Below are positions 39,217 to 49,030 of a stretch of DNA of 64,000 nucleotides, in pieces (within the stretch, counting starts at the first letter, position 1; each line of letters begins with the position of its first letter). The notes under the pieces were generated by a model, which had not been told where the DNA came from, searched no databases, and was given only the letters and a program-made list of their open reading frames with translations. The translations under genes were made by a program, and so were the position numbers. The DNA is from Patescibacteria group bacterium (GTDB taxonomy: Bacteria; Patescibacteriota; Kazan-3B-28; UBA10110), in NCBI GenBank assembly GCA_041659905.1, contig JBAZXK010000001.1:58670-122669 (forward strand). The letters are read 5' to 3'.

Positions 39217-39392
39217 GTCATCCTGCGAAGCCCGGCGTAGCCAAAGGCGAAGACGGGTCATTCCCGATCTGCCTCCGCCCAGAGGGCTCGGCCCGGCGGG
39301 ATTGGGAATCCCCTGGCCGCGTCCCGCAACAGCGGGCAGGCAGGCCTTTGTCTTCTTCGTCATCCTGAACTTGATTCAGGATCTCCAGCTTG
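39217..39392. repeat. composite family B/B' repeat
   Basis: cgtcatcctg...gggtcattccc...gggcaggcaggcc...cgtcatcctgaacttgattcaggatctcc. Confidence 0.6.
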
Positions 39393-39404
39393 AGCTGTAT
39401 TCAT

Positions 39405-40151
39405 CTATGCCTTGGGTTGCTTGAGATTTTCCCAAAGGAGGTTAAAAATTGCCTTCAGGGTGTCGGAAATTTGTTGCGATTCAATAATTAGACTTATCTT
39501 TTCATCGCCAAACGACAGAATAGCGATTTTGTTGCCATAAATATTAATCTTGGTTTTAATCGGGAGCTTGCTCTCCGGCACAATTATTGTTTCGCGGAGT
39601 TCCTCAGCATCTTTCTTCTTACCTTCCACGGCATCTTTATCATAGGGGACGATCGAGCGAACTTTAATATGCTTCTTTTTCCTCTGAATGATATATTGAT
39701 TAACAAAAGTCTGGGGTACGACATCAAAAGTTCCTGCCCAGGTGCCAATAAATAATATCTCTGCTCCATCAGGTTGATTTAAGGTATCATTAAACACATA
39801 TTTCGATCCCTCAACGCCTTCATAAAACCTGATCTTAGGTTTTTGGGGACTTTGTTTAGTCAGGAGTAAAAGTTCGGGGGTTAACTCTTTAATTATTTTT
39901 TGTTGCCTATCGATTAATATATTTAGTCCTTCCGGGTCAATGCCGTCGTATAAAGTTCTTTTGCCGACCACGGTGGCAACAATCAACCCCCTAGCCACCA
40001 TATCGGCCAAAAATTCGTAAATCGATGTGCGTTTAACGCCAGATTTTTGGGCTAGTTTGGCGACAGTAGTGGGGCCAAATTCTAAAGCTGACAAATAGAC
40101 CTTGGCTTCTTTTTCGTTGAGTCCTAATTGCTGCAATTCTTGGGTTAACAT
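39405..40151 (-). CDS. TrmB family transcriptional regulator
   Basis: N-terminal wHTH LGLNEKEAKVYLSALEFGPTTVAKLAQKSGVKRTSIYEFL; paralog at 43281-44009. Confidence 0.8.
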   Translation of the reverse strand: MLTQELQQLGLNEKEAKVYLSALEFGPTTVAKLAQKSGVKRTSIYEFLADMVARGLIVATVVGKRTLYDGIDPEGLNILIDRQQKIIKELTPELLLLTKQSPQKPKIRFYEGVEGSKYVFNDTLNQPDGAEILFIGTWAGTFDVVPQTFVNQYIIQRKKKHIKVRSIVPYDKDAVEGKKKDAEELRETIIVPESKLPIKTKINIYGNKIAILSFGDEKISLIIESQQISDTLKAIFNLLWENLKQPKA

Positions 40152-40289
40152 AATTGGTAGAAAGATTTTTTATGTTGACGGAAATACCGACAGATACATT
40201 ATAGCACACCTTTAATCTGGGGTCAATAAGGTGGTCTGAACTGATTGTGACGAAATTGCAGGTGACTATATAAAATATGACGAAAATAG

Positions 40290-40318
40290 TTGACAATAAA
40301 ATAAGGTAGGCGTATACT
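40290..40318 (+). promoter_or_regulatory. sigma70-like promoter TTGACA-17-TATACT followed by leader hairpin (40328-40370)
   Basis: consensus elements; 8-bp stem gggatgag/ctcatccc in the 5' UTR. Confidence 0.45.
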
Positions 40319-40415
40319 GTCCGTATCGGGATGAGAAATATTCTACTCCCAGAGCGTAATACTCATCCCAGCACCTAAAAAATAGTCGGCAGACTAAAAA
40401 ATGCAGGGAGCCAAA

Positions 40416-40715
40416 ATGGAAAACCTCGAAGTTACTTTAATAAAATGCAGTAAATGTGTTGTCGGTGAGGCAATAACAATAAAACCGAGCATAATGGTTC
40501 ACGCACATGAATTCACTCCAAATGCAATGAAAATGGAACGAGTTCCCGACCAAAAGTTTGTGCGAATGAGCCAGAACTCAGTAATCGGCATTGTCGAAGG
40601 AATTACTGAAGGGGCGGTTTATATTTGGCATCAAAATAAAGAAGGTGTTTACGAATGTATTGCCTGCACAGAGTTTGTAGAAAAAGACGGCACCATTGAA
40701 GTCGTGTCAGACTAA
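40416..40715 (+). CDS. small zinc-ribbon protein (CxxC...CxxC)
   Basis: AGGGAG RBS before MENLEV; CSKC near N-terminus and CIAC near C-terminus. Confidence 0.45.
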   Translation: MENLEVTLIKCSKCVVGEAITIKPSIMVHAHEFTPNAMKMERVPDQKFVRMSQNSVIGIVEGITEGAVYIWHQNKEGVYECIACTEFVEKDGTIEVVSD

Positions 40716-40881
40716 AGTATAAATCATTAATCAGCAGGAGATTAATTCTCCTCCTTTTCTGAGTTTATGACTCAAACAAGTGTTGAATTCAGAAAAGGAT
40801 AATGTTATATAACATTACCTGTGTGCTAATTTTGACCGAAAAGCACATAAATAGGAATAATTATAAATCTAATAAATAGAT

Positions 40882-41955
40882 ATGAATACCAATAAAATAA
40901 GTTCTAAATTTGTGTGGTCAGTCATAGGTATCATGGTTGTTTTAATTGTTGGCTACTTTGTGTTTAAAGGTCCTGCTAATTTAGCAACAGTAGAACAAGT
41001 AAAAGTAGGAGCAATTTTGCCATTATCTGGTCCAGCAGCAGTTTTTGGCGAACCAATGAAGAATGGTTTAGACATGGCCATTAAAGATAATAAAAATATT
41101 CAGATTATTTACGAAGATAGTAAAGCTGTGCCAGCCGATGGGGTGACGGCCTACCAAAAGTTGATTGCCCAGGGGGTGAATGTGGTAGTCTCGGCCTACA
41201 GTGGTGTCAGTATACCTCTAGCTAAGTTGGCTTTGGAAAATAAAACTCCGTTAATCATGTCGATAGTTGCGGCCAGCAATGTGACAAATACATATGCGTA
41301 TCGGTATTATGCCAAACCCAGCAGCTATGTTATCCCAGCTTTTACCGATCCCAGCTCCCCGTTAAACAAGCTGACTGATATTGCTGTGCTGCATCAGGAT
41401 AGTGAGTATGGGAAGTCTATTAGCGACATTATTGTCGATGTGGCTAAAGAAAAAGATAAAAAGATAGTCATCAATGAGTCTTTCAAAGTGAATGAAACTG
41501 ACTTTTCTACGGTGATGCTTAAAATTAAGAACGCAAAGCCGCAAGCAGTTTTATTTGTTCCGTCTATGCCAGCTGAAGCGATTGCTATTATGAAAAAAGC
41601 CGATGAGTTAAAAGTAAATGCAATCTTTATTGAAACAGGGGCGGCTTTTTCTGACCCAGCGGTACAAAAACAAGCCCCAGCCATGACCTTCTATACAACG
41701 GGATTCAAATTCTCTCTGCCGGATGATAATTCGGTGTTCAAGGACCTCTACAAGAGTGCCTATGGGGCTAATGCGAACTTCGCTGCCGCCTTTGGCTACG
41801 ATATGGGCAAACTAATTGTCGCCTGTGCTAAAAAAAGTTCAAATATCCAGGCTTGTTTGTCTCAAACTACTAGTGTAGATGGGATCACAGGTAAGATCAC
41901 AGGAATTACTGGTGAGGAAATTAACCCACCCATGATCTTGATGAAGGTTAACTAA
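40882..41955 (+). CDS. ABC transporter substrate-binding protein, PBP type I (Leu/Ile/Val-binding-like), lipid/TM anchored
   Basis: N-terminal TM helix, VKVGAILPLSGPAAVFGEP start typical of LivJ-like SBPs; bidirectional terminator at 41975-42003. Confidence 0.7.
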   Translation: MNTNKISSKFVWSVIGIMVVLIVGYFVFKGPANLATVEQVKVGAILPLSGPAAVFGEPMKNGLDMAIKDNKNIQIIYEDSKAVPADGVTAYQKLIAQGVNVVVSAYSGVSIPLAKLALENKTPLIMSIVAASNVTNTYAYRYYAKPSSYVIPAFTDPSSPLNKLTDIAVLHQDSEYGKSISDIIVDVAKEKDKKIVINESFKVNETDFSTVMLKIKNAKPQAVLFVPSMPAEAIAIMKKADELKVNAIFIETGAAFSDPAVQKQAPAMTFYTTGFKFSLPDDNSVFKDLYKSAYGANANFAAAFGYDMGKLIVACAKKSSNIQACLSQTTSVDGITGKITGITGEEINPPMILMKVN

Positions 41956-42091
41956 GTTGTAATACGAAAAAACCTCCGGATATAACGGAGGTTTTTTCGT
42001 ATGTGTCTATGGTGTCATCCGCGGATTTCCTGTTAGCCAGCGGACTATTGAGTGGTTGTAATTTAAGAAAAGTTATAATCCAAAATCAAGA

Positions 42092-42121
42092 TTGACATAC
42101 GAAATAGCGGATTGGTAGAAT
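42092..42121 (+). promoter_or_regulatory. sigma70-like promoter TTGACA-18-TAGAAT driving tRNA-like element and tRNA-Met
   Basis: consensus -35 and near-consensus -10. Confidence 0.5.
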
Positions 42122-42160
42122 ATAAACCACATGCCCCGACCGGGTCGCCGGCGGGGACCG

Positions 42161-42232
42161 GGCGGTGTGAAAGGTTACATCATAAGGACTTGGGATCCTA
42201 TGTGATCGGAGGTTCAATTCCTCCCACCGCCT
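42161..42232 (+). other. tRNA-like element / possible pseudo-tRNA
   Basis: 7-bp acceptor-like pairing ggcggtg/caccgcc and canonical T-arm ggagg-ttcaatt-cctcc, but D and anticodon arms cannot be folded canonically by eye. Confidence 0.3.
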
Positions 42233-42251
42233 TGTCTTTGCACCTTTTCTG

Positions 42252-42324
42252 CGCAGAGTAGATCAGCTGGTAGATCACCAGACTCATAATCTGGAGGCCG
42301 CGGGTTCGAATCCCGCCTCTGCAA
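42252..42324 (+). tRNA. tRNA-Met (anticodon CAU); C1:A72 mismatch suggests initiator type
   Basis: acceptor cgcagag/ctctgca with C1-A72 mismatch, D-arm gatc-agctggta-gatc, anticodon loop cTCATAa, T-arm gcggg-ttcgaat-cccgc. Confidence 0.8.
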
Positions 42325-42418
42325 AGTTTGCCACCCACATACCTCTCTCTCAACTAAGGGAGGTATTTTTTGACTAACCTACTGAGCTCCTAACTAACTG
42401 ACCTGCTATCATATATTT

Positions 42419-43030
42419 ATGAGTGTGTTTGAGCAGATCGCAATTTGGGCGACGCAGATGATCGGGACTTTAAGTTATCCGGGAGTTTTAATGTTGATGG
42501 CGCTGGAATCCATGATTGCACCTATCCCCAGCGAGGCCGTGATGCCTTTTGCCGGCTTCTTGGTGGCCGAAGGCCAGATGAGCATGCTATCCGTAGTCAT
42601 CTGGGCCACTATCGGCTCAATTATCGGCAGTTTAATTTCTTATTACATCGGACTTTGGGGCGGTCGCGCTTTAGTTCTGAAAGTCGGTAAATATCTTTTG
42701 TTAAATGAGCATCATTTAGATGTGACAGAAAAATTCTTTCGCAAAAGGGGAGACATCACAGTTTTCATTAGCCGATTTATTCCGGTAGTTCGCCATTTTA
42801 TTAGTATTCCGGCTGGCATGGGCAAAATGCCGTTAATTCCTTTTGTGATTTATACAGCAGTTGGGGCGGGGCTATGGAACTGGATTTTAACTTATGCCGG
42901 ATTCCGCCTTCGCGCCAACTGGGCCACTATTACCCCGTATTTCCACATCGTCGACAAAGTTATTCTGGGAGTGATTGTTTTAGCTGCCCTCTGTTTTATT
43001 TGGAGCCAACTCAAACCCCGTAAAGTTTAA
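42419..43030 (+). CDS. DedA family membrane protein
   Basis: LMALESMIAPIPSE and FISRFIPVVRHFISIPAG DedA/SNARE-associated signatures. Confidence 0.8.
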   Translation: MSVFEQIAIWATQMIGTLSYPGVLMLMALESMIAPIPSEAVMPFAGFLVAEGQMSMLSVVIWATIGSIIGSLISYYIGLWGGRALVLKVGKYLLLNEHHLDVTEKFFRKRGDITVFISRFIPVVRHFISIPAGMGKMPLIPFVIYTAVGAGLWNWILTYAGFRLRANWATITPYFHIVDKVILGVIVLAALCFIWSQLKPRKV

Positions 43031-43035
43031 TCGTT

Positions 43036-43105
43036 GTCATTCCCGCGCAGGCGGGAATCCAGACATAAACAAAAACATCGTTACCTTTCTAGAAAGGTAA
43101 CGCCA
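43036..43105. repeat. family B repeat, partial copy
   Basis: gtcattcccgcgcaggcgggaatccagacataaacaaaaacatcg; right terminus not evident. Confidence 0.55.
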
Positions 43106-43280
43106 AAGTCCCGGGCAGTCGTCGAGGCTATGAAATGGCAAAAATCTCTGGGTGTTAATAGGCCCAACTTGCCCGATAATGCCATCGGCTTCAAACATGG
43201 CCTTAACCCACAGAGATTTTACTCATTCCATTACCGCCTCTCCTCCAATGCCCGGCCTAAAAGACAGCGAGCCAAGATTT

Positions 43281-44009
43281 TTATTTCTTTAGTTTTTTCC
43301 AGAGCAGGTGGTAAATCTGGCGCATGGTGTCGGCAATGCCATGGCTTTCAATTATGATACCGATCTCATCAGGATAAGACATGAAAGCTACTTTGTTATT
43401 GTAGATATTAATTTCGACTGGCGGATTAAACTCTTCCTTGGGGAGTAGTAGGGTATGGCTTAATTCTTCTTTGTCGCGGGCGGCATGTTCGCGAGTCCTT
43501 TTTTCATCCGTAGCTATTCTTTTAGCATAGATATGATGTTTATTTCTCTGAGCCAGATATTCTGCCGGGAAATCGGGAAGGGCTGCAAAAATATCTAAAG
43601 TATTAAATTCTAGAATTTCACGTGGCTTCTCTTTAATGGTATCAGCATAAATTTCTTCGATGCCAGATTTACCTTCATAGAAAACAATCTTAGGTTTGAT
43701 TTGACTCTTATTGTAGATAGCTTGTAATTCGGGCAGGCTATTAGTTAGTTCTTTTTGGTAGTGCTCAAAGCGATGAACCAAATTTTTAGGGGACTCGGCC
43801 ACGTAACGAGTCTTGTTTTTTTGTTTAGTTTTATAGACGAAATTACGGATAGCTAGTCGCTCTAGAATGGAATAACCGGTAGTCCTGATCACACCGGCTT
43901 TATGGGAAATATCTTGGGCAGAAGCCGTGCCCATCTCTAAAGCAGCTAAGTAGACTTTGGCTTCGTTAGGGGATAGGCCCAGATTATGTAAGGTGGTTTC
44001 TTTGTTCAT
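43281..44009 (-). CDS. TrmB family transcriptional regulator
   Basis: wHTH LGLSPNEAKVYLAALEMGTASAQDIS; same domain layout as 39405-40151. Confidence 0.8.
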   Translation of the reverse strand: MNKETTLHNLGLSPNEAKVYLAALEMGTASAQDISHKAGVIRTTGYSILERLAIRNFVYKTKQKNKTRYVAESPKNLVHRFEHYQKELTNSLPELQAIYNKSQIKPKIVFYEGKSGIEEIYADTIKEKPREILEFNTLDIFAALPDFPAEYLAQRNKHHIYAKRIATDEKRTREHAARDKEELSHTLLLPKEEFNPPVEINIYNNKVAFMSYPDEIGIIIESHGIADTMRQIYHLLWKKLKK

Positions 44010-44203
44010 AATTAGACGATTATTTCGTCATCATTCATCTCAATTATACCATTATTGAACAGTCTAGTCAATGCGATTATATCTTATAATACGAACATTT
44101 TATTAATGAGTATGTAATTTATAAATAATGACGAAAACAATAACAATCAGTATCATTGTCAGTAAGCACATGGCTCAGGAATATATATTAATTTTTTTCT
44201 CAA

Positions 44204-45319
44204 ATGAAAAATTGGACTTGGGTATGGGGAGTATTATTAGTGGTGATAGTAGTCGTGGGTTTAAGTCTGATATCCACCAATAAGTCAGTTGACAAAGAAC
44301 CAATCAAAATCGGTTTGTTAGCTCCCTTAACCGGCAACGGATCGGATATAGGGATTAACAATAAAAAGGCTTTTGAAGTGGCTGTGGCAGAAGTTAATGC
44401 TCAAGGCGGTGTCAACGGTCGTCCTTTTCAGGTAGTGGTAGAAGATAGTCAAGGCTGCGATCCAAAGGTGGGGGCCACTGCTATGCAAAAACTCGTTAAT
44501 ATCGACAAAGTAACTGCAGTTTATTCGATTGCCTCAGGCGTAGCCATGTCTTCTCATCCGATAGCCGAACAAGGCAAGGTAGTGCACTTTAGTTGTGCCA
44601 GCAATCCGACTGTTACTACTCTCGGAGACTATATGTTCAGAACAACTCCCTCAGACAGCTTCGCTGGCCAGGTGGCTGCTGATTATATCTTTAACCAAAT
44701 GAAAATAAAGAAAGTGGCTGTTCTCAACTGTGATAATGACTGGTGTGTGGGGCTAAAGAATGCTTTCAAGGAAAGATTTGTCCAGCAGGGCGGTAGTGTA
44801 GTGATCGAGGAGCAAATTAAATCAGGCGCCAAGGATATTAGGACGGAATTAGCCAAAATCAAAACTGTTAATCCGGAACTAATTTATTTCCCGAGTTATC
44901 CCATAGAGGCATTAACTGGGTTTAGGCAAGCAAAAGAATTGGGCATTAATGTGCCCATCTTTGGCGGAGATGTGTGGTTGGATGAAGTTTTAGCGAATAA
45001 TATTGCCGGTATTGGCGGTGATAAGTTTTTTACGACGCCAGCTAAAAATTATTCCGAGGCTTTTAAACAAAAGATTGGGGGCAGTGTATCTCTTTGCGCG
45101 CCAGATGCATATGATATTCCGATGATTTGGGCTAAAGTCTTGAAAAAAACTGGTACCGATCCAGAATCCTTCAAAAATGCTTTGTATAAAATGGCCCCTT
45201 ATCAAGGGGAAAGCGGAGTAATTAGCTTCGATGCTAATGGCGATCTCAAACAGGCAGTTTTCGATATCAAGTCATTCGCCGACGGTGCTATTAAAGATTA
45301 CCAACTCAAGGTTTCTTAG
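44204..45319 (+). CDS. ABC transporter substrate-binding protein, PBP type I (LivJ-like), membrane anchored
   Basis: N-terminal TM helix; IKIGLLAPLTGNGSDIG start; paralogous organisation to 40882-41955. Confidence 0.7.
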   Translation: MKNWTWVWGVLLVVIVVVGLSLISTNKSVDKEPIKIGLLAPLTGNGSDIGINNKKAFEVAVAEVNAQGGVNGRPFQVVVEDSQGCDPKVGATAMQKLVNIDKVTAVYSIASGVAMSSHPIAEQGKVVHFSCASNPTVTTLGDYMFRTTPSDSFAGQVAADYIFNQMKIKKVAVLNCDNDWCVGLKNAFKERFVQQGGSVVIEEQIKSGAKDIRTELAKIKTVNPELIYFPSYPIEALTGFRQAKELGINVPIFGGDVWLDEVLANNIAGIGGDKFFTTPAKNYSEAFKQKIGGSVSLCAPDAYDIPMIWAKVLKKTGTDPESFKNALYKMAPYQGESGVISFDANGDLKQAVFDIKSFADGAIKDYQLKVS

Positions 45320-45421
45320 GATAGGTTAAATTATTAACCAAGAGAATTTAGTAACCAACTTGCTACTTGATTTAAAAATCGTCCCCGCCAAATCGGTCGG
45401 GATCTCCTAAGGAGGGAGAAA

Positions 45422-45757
45422 ATGGTTAAGACCAGGAAGAAAATTTACTGGCTATCTGCTTCTGATCTGGACAAGCTACAGAGCGAAGCGATGGAGTACT
45501 TTCATGGCAATGACGCCGAAATTATAAAGGATTTTGTGCCACTGGAAGGGCTTCAAGATCTTAATAGTTATATTGCCACTCACGACGACGGATTTGTTTA
45601 TGCCGTTGATGCTCCTACCCACATGGTTGTGGGAGCGGCCCTGGATGGAAAAGAGTTTGGGCTCATGTATTACGATGCTACTAGTCTTGAGGTGTGGTAT
45701 GTAAACACACCTCACGAGAGAGCGATCACGCGAGTGAGCATCTTCTACCCTGAGTAA
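45422..45757 (+). CDS. hypothetical protein
   Basis: strong AAGGAGGGAG RBS; terminator aaaaatacccaccaagaattggtgggtatttt at 45808-45840. Confidence 0.55.
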   Translation: MVKTRKKIYWLSASDLDKLQSEAMEYFHGNDAEIIKDFVPLEGLQDLNSYIATHDDGFVYAVDAPTHMVVGAALDGKEFGLMYYDATSLEVWYVNTPHERAITRVSIFYPE

Positions 45758-45974
45758 CTGGCTTCGCTGGTGGTAATCACCGAGATAAAGAAGTCGCCTC
45801 GCACTTTAAAAATACCCACCAAGAATTGGTGGGTATTTTAGTTGCGCGTACGACTTCTCTCAGATGCTAACCGCTAACCCTTAGATGCTATTCTGGCGGA
45901 GCCAGCGGAGGAGGTGCTCGGTGGTCAGGTTTTTGAGATATAATAAAAGTAGTTATCTTTAATCGTTTAATCAA

Positions 45975-47111
45975 ATGGGGAAAAAGAGAAAGTCAGGGTT
46001 AATCTTATCTTCAAAGAAGCTATGGTTGCAGTTGATTGGTGTTGTAGTAATTGCAGGTGTTATTTATTATGGGGTATCGTTTGCCAATAAAAGTTCAGCT
46101 TTTGGCATAATTGAACCGGGCAATGGTCCGTCTTCCTTGGGTACGCAAATAGTTTATATATCTAATAGCGGGGACAATAACAATACGGGTCTAACCCAAC
46201 AAACCCCCGTTAGAGATATAAGAAAAGCGGTTGCAGTAGCCAACCAATTTAGTAGCAAGCTGGTTACTGTTAAGTTCATGGAAAGCCAATATCAAGCAAC
46301 ACCGAACGACTTATATAATTATCCTGGCGATTCGAAAATCTCAATATATAATCCGATGGCGATCGCTTTTAAGCCAAATGATACGATTGAAAGTGTTTCT
46401 ATTAAAGCGCCATATAGTAGCAATGCTTTGATTACAGTAGCAGTTTATGCGGATAGTCCGACACCTGTAGTTACTCAAAGTGTGTTTCTTGATAGAATCG
46501 GAGGTAACAACATCGGTTTGCAGATAGTTGGAGCTAAAGCACAAGTAATTGTGAAGAAAGGTAGATTTACGGGTGCAACTAGTCCGTCTAACCACTACCA
46601 GTTACAGGTAACAACCAGTAAATATGCCGAGATTATTGGCAATTATTTTGAACTATCTAAACCAATAATCGGTAGTTATAATGCCAACAGAGTGATGCCT
46701 AGCCTAAAACTGGGAGCTTTAGATAACAAACCGACTTCTATAAGGGTTACGGAAAACACTTTTATTTTACCGGCAGATTATAGTGAAACATATACGCCGG
46801 GAAGTGGTATAACCCAATCAGCCGGCATCTTGGTTATGACTGGTCCAGCTCAAATATTTGGTAATATTTTCAAAACTACCGGAATAGATAATTTCGTTGA
46901 CAAAATAGGCGGTGGCTTACTAGATTCTGGGAATTTACATAACATTGGCATTATTACTTGTTACGAATCTCGTAACGTGGAAATTACTAATAATGATTTT
47001 TCAACTTTCGATGGTTTAGATGTGGTTAGTCGTGCCCATATCGAACAAGCCTACCATAATGAAAACAAACAATCAGTTATCATAAAAGATAACTTCCTCT
47101 GGAAGCAATAA
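45975..47111 (+). CDS. hypothetical secreted protein
   Basis: N-terminal TM/signal segment; no recognisable domain. Confidence 0.5.
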   Translation: MGKKRKSGLILSSKKLWLQLIGVVVIAGVIYYGVSFANKSSAFGIIEPGNGPSSLGTQIVYISNSGDNNNTGLTQQTPVRDIRKAVAVANQFSSKLVTVKFMESQYQATPNDLYNYPGDSKISIYNPMAIAFKPNDTIESVSIKAPYSSNALITVAVYADSPTPVVTQSVFLDRIGGNNIGLQIVGAKAQVIVKKGRFTGATSPSNHYQLQVTTSKYAEIIGNYFELSKPIIGSYNANRVMPSLKLGALDNKPTSIRVTENTFILPADYSETYTPGSGITQSAGILVMTGPAQIFGNIFKTTGIDNFVDKIGGGLLDSGNLHNIGIITCYESRNVEITNNDFSTFDGLDVVSRAHIEQAYHNENKQSVIIKDNFLWKQ

Positions 47112-47223
47112 CTGTTGGATAAAAACTGCAAATTAACTGGCCCTGGCGATTGCTGGGGCTAGTTAATTTTGGCATGCCAAGATAGGATATAATATTAAAG
47201 GTATTATCATTAATATTAACCAT

Positions 47224-48159
47224 ATGGAAAAGACGTATAATTTTGCCCGAGATGGGTTTATGTATTTATTAAGCTATGCCACTCTGTTGGTTTCGAGTGT
47301 GGCGATGAATTATCTGTTGCGGGGGGTGGTAAATCACTATATTCCAGATGCGCTGGACCGAACCACTTTTTTGGGCAGCAGTTCGGAATTAGTCGGTTTT
47401 TTGGCAGCGGTAGTGATTGCCTTCCCAATCTTTCTTTATGTCAATTACTCCGCTAATAAATTATTAGGCCAAGGTAAAATAATCCATGATACGGGAGTGC
47501 GCCGATGGCTCTTGTATATTACTTTGGTAGTTGTAATCCTGGTTATTATTGCCCAATTGATCTCACTCTTTATCGCTTATTTCTCGGGTAATTTAGTTTT
47601 GAGGTCGGCTCTGGGAGCTGTAATTACGCTAATTATCGCTTTTGTGGTGTTGGGTTATCAGTGGTGGCATTTAAAATTCTTTGACGGCACTGCCAAAAAA
47701 ATCAGCACTAATTTCAAGATTTTTGAATGGGCAGTGATCGCTGTGGTGACGGCCGGAGTGATTTGGACATTCTTTGTCATTGATAGTCCGACTGTCATCC
47801 GCAATAAGCGGTTTGACGATACCCGCGTTCAGAGGTTGACGACGATCAGCTATTCCATCCAAACCTATTACGGCGATGCCGTGATTGGACATCGAGTTTT
47901 GCCAACCAGTTTACAGCAATTAGTCAGTGATACCAGAATCTTTATCGAAACTGATGGTCTGGTGGATCCGGTCACTAAACAGCAATTTGAATACAAAGTG
48001 TTGGCGGCAAAAAGCTATCAGTTGTGCGCGACATTTGCCACCGATAACACCAAAGATGCCGCTGCTGTTAATCAGCCCGCTGGCACGCCGAAATTTGTGG
48101 GAGCAAATTCATTCGCTCACCCGGTTGGCCGCAAATGCTTCGATCTGACTGTCCAATAA
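47224..48159 (+). CDS. hypothetical membrane protein
   Basis: about 6 TM helices in the N-terminal two thirds. Confidence 0.5.
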   Translation: MEKTYNFARDGFMYLLSYATLLVSSVAMNYLLRGVVNHYIPDALDRTTFLGSSSELVGFLAAVVIAFPIFLYVNYSANKLLGQGKIIHDTGVRRWLLYITLVVVILVIIAQLISLFIAYFSGNLVLRSALGAVITLIIAFVVLGYQWWHLKFFDGTAKKISTNFKIFEWAVIAVVTAGVIWTFFVIDSPTVIRNKRFDDTRVQRLTTISYSIQTYYGDAVIGHRVLPTSLQQLVSDTRIFIETDGLVDPVTKQQFEYKVLAAKSYQLCATFATDNTKDAAAVNQPAGTPKFVGANSFAHPVGRKCFDLTVQ

Positions 48160-48168
48160 AATAAACTT

Positions 48169-48909
48169 ATGCCGATTTTAGGATATATTGTCAGCGCCGT
48201 TTTAGTTGTCAGTTTAATTTCCCTGATCGGGGTAGTGTTCTTTTGGGTGAATCAGAAATTTGTTACCAAAATCGTACCCTGGCTGGTGGCGTTTGCGGCG
48301 GGCACCCTGCTCGCGGCCGCTTGGTTCGATTTGATCCCGGAAAGTTTAGTCGGATTAGGCGAAAGTGCTTTTATTTGGGTGGTGGCCGGGATTTTATTGT
48401 TTCTGTTGTTTGAACAAGTTTTGCATTGGCACCACGAACACGGCCACGATTGTGACGAATGCGGTTCTAGGCCCAAAGCAGTGGGTTATTCAGTTTTGTT
48501 GGGCGATGGCCTGCACAACTTTTTAGACGGAGTGTTAATCGCCTCGGCCTTTATGGCCAGTGTCCCAGTGGGGATAGCGACCACTATGGCGGTGATGTTC
48601 CACGAAATTCCTCAAGAGTTGGGAGATTTTGGTGTATTGCTGCACAGCGGATTTTCTCGCACCAAAGCGCTTTATTTTAACTTTATTTCTGCGCTCGCCG
48701 CTGTCGCTGGGGGATTGGTGGCTTATTTTGCCTTAAATAGTGTGCAAAATAGTATTCCTTACATTGTGGCGATCGGCGCCGGCGGATTTTTGTATATCGC
48801 CCTGACGGATTTGTTCGCCGAACTTAAAGGCGGCAAAAATATTATGTTGCGGTTAGGCCAGATGCTTGTTCTAATATTCGGCATGTTATTAATTTATTAC
48901 CTCGTTTGA
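48169..48909 (+). CDS. ZIP family metal (zinc) transporter
   Basis: HHEHGHDCDEC His-rich loop, HNFLDG and HEIPQELGDF ZIP signatures. Confidence 0.8.
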   Translation: MPILGYIVSAVLVVSLISLIGVVFFWVNQKFVTKIVPWLVAFAAGTLLAAAWFDLIPESLVGLGESAFIWVVAGILLFLLFEQVLHWHHEHGHDCDECGSRPKAVGYSVLLGDGLHNFLDGVLIASAFMASVPVGIATTMAVMFHEIPQELGDFGVLLHSGFSRTKALYFNFISALAAVAGGLVAYFALNSVQNSIPYIVAIGAGGFLYIALTDLFAELKGGKNIMLRLGQMLVLIFGMLLIYYLV

Positions 48910-49030
48910 TCCCCGTTAGAGATCCACTGCGGTTGATTTGCACTATAAGTATGTTTAGTCCATCGATAAATAAGTTAAAATATTTATTACTAATTTGCGG
49001 AAACACGATTGTTTCCTATCTCTAACGGGG
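48908..49030. repeat. 13-bp perfect inverted repeats (ccccgttagagat / atctctaacgggg) flanking about 95 bp AT-rich segment
   Basis: spans stop of the ZIP gene and the TTG start region of murB. Confidence 0.6.

Noticed and set aside
39155-39424. 89-aa ORF rich in Arg/Pro
   Set aside because: It lies entirely within the family B/B' repeat between the AstE-like gene and the TrmB gene. Its composition is driven by the GC palindromes.
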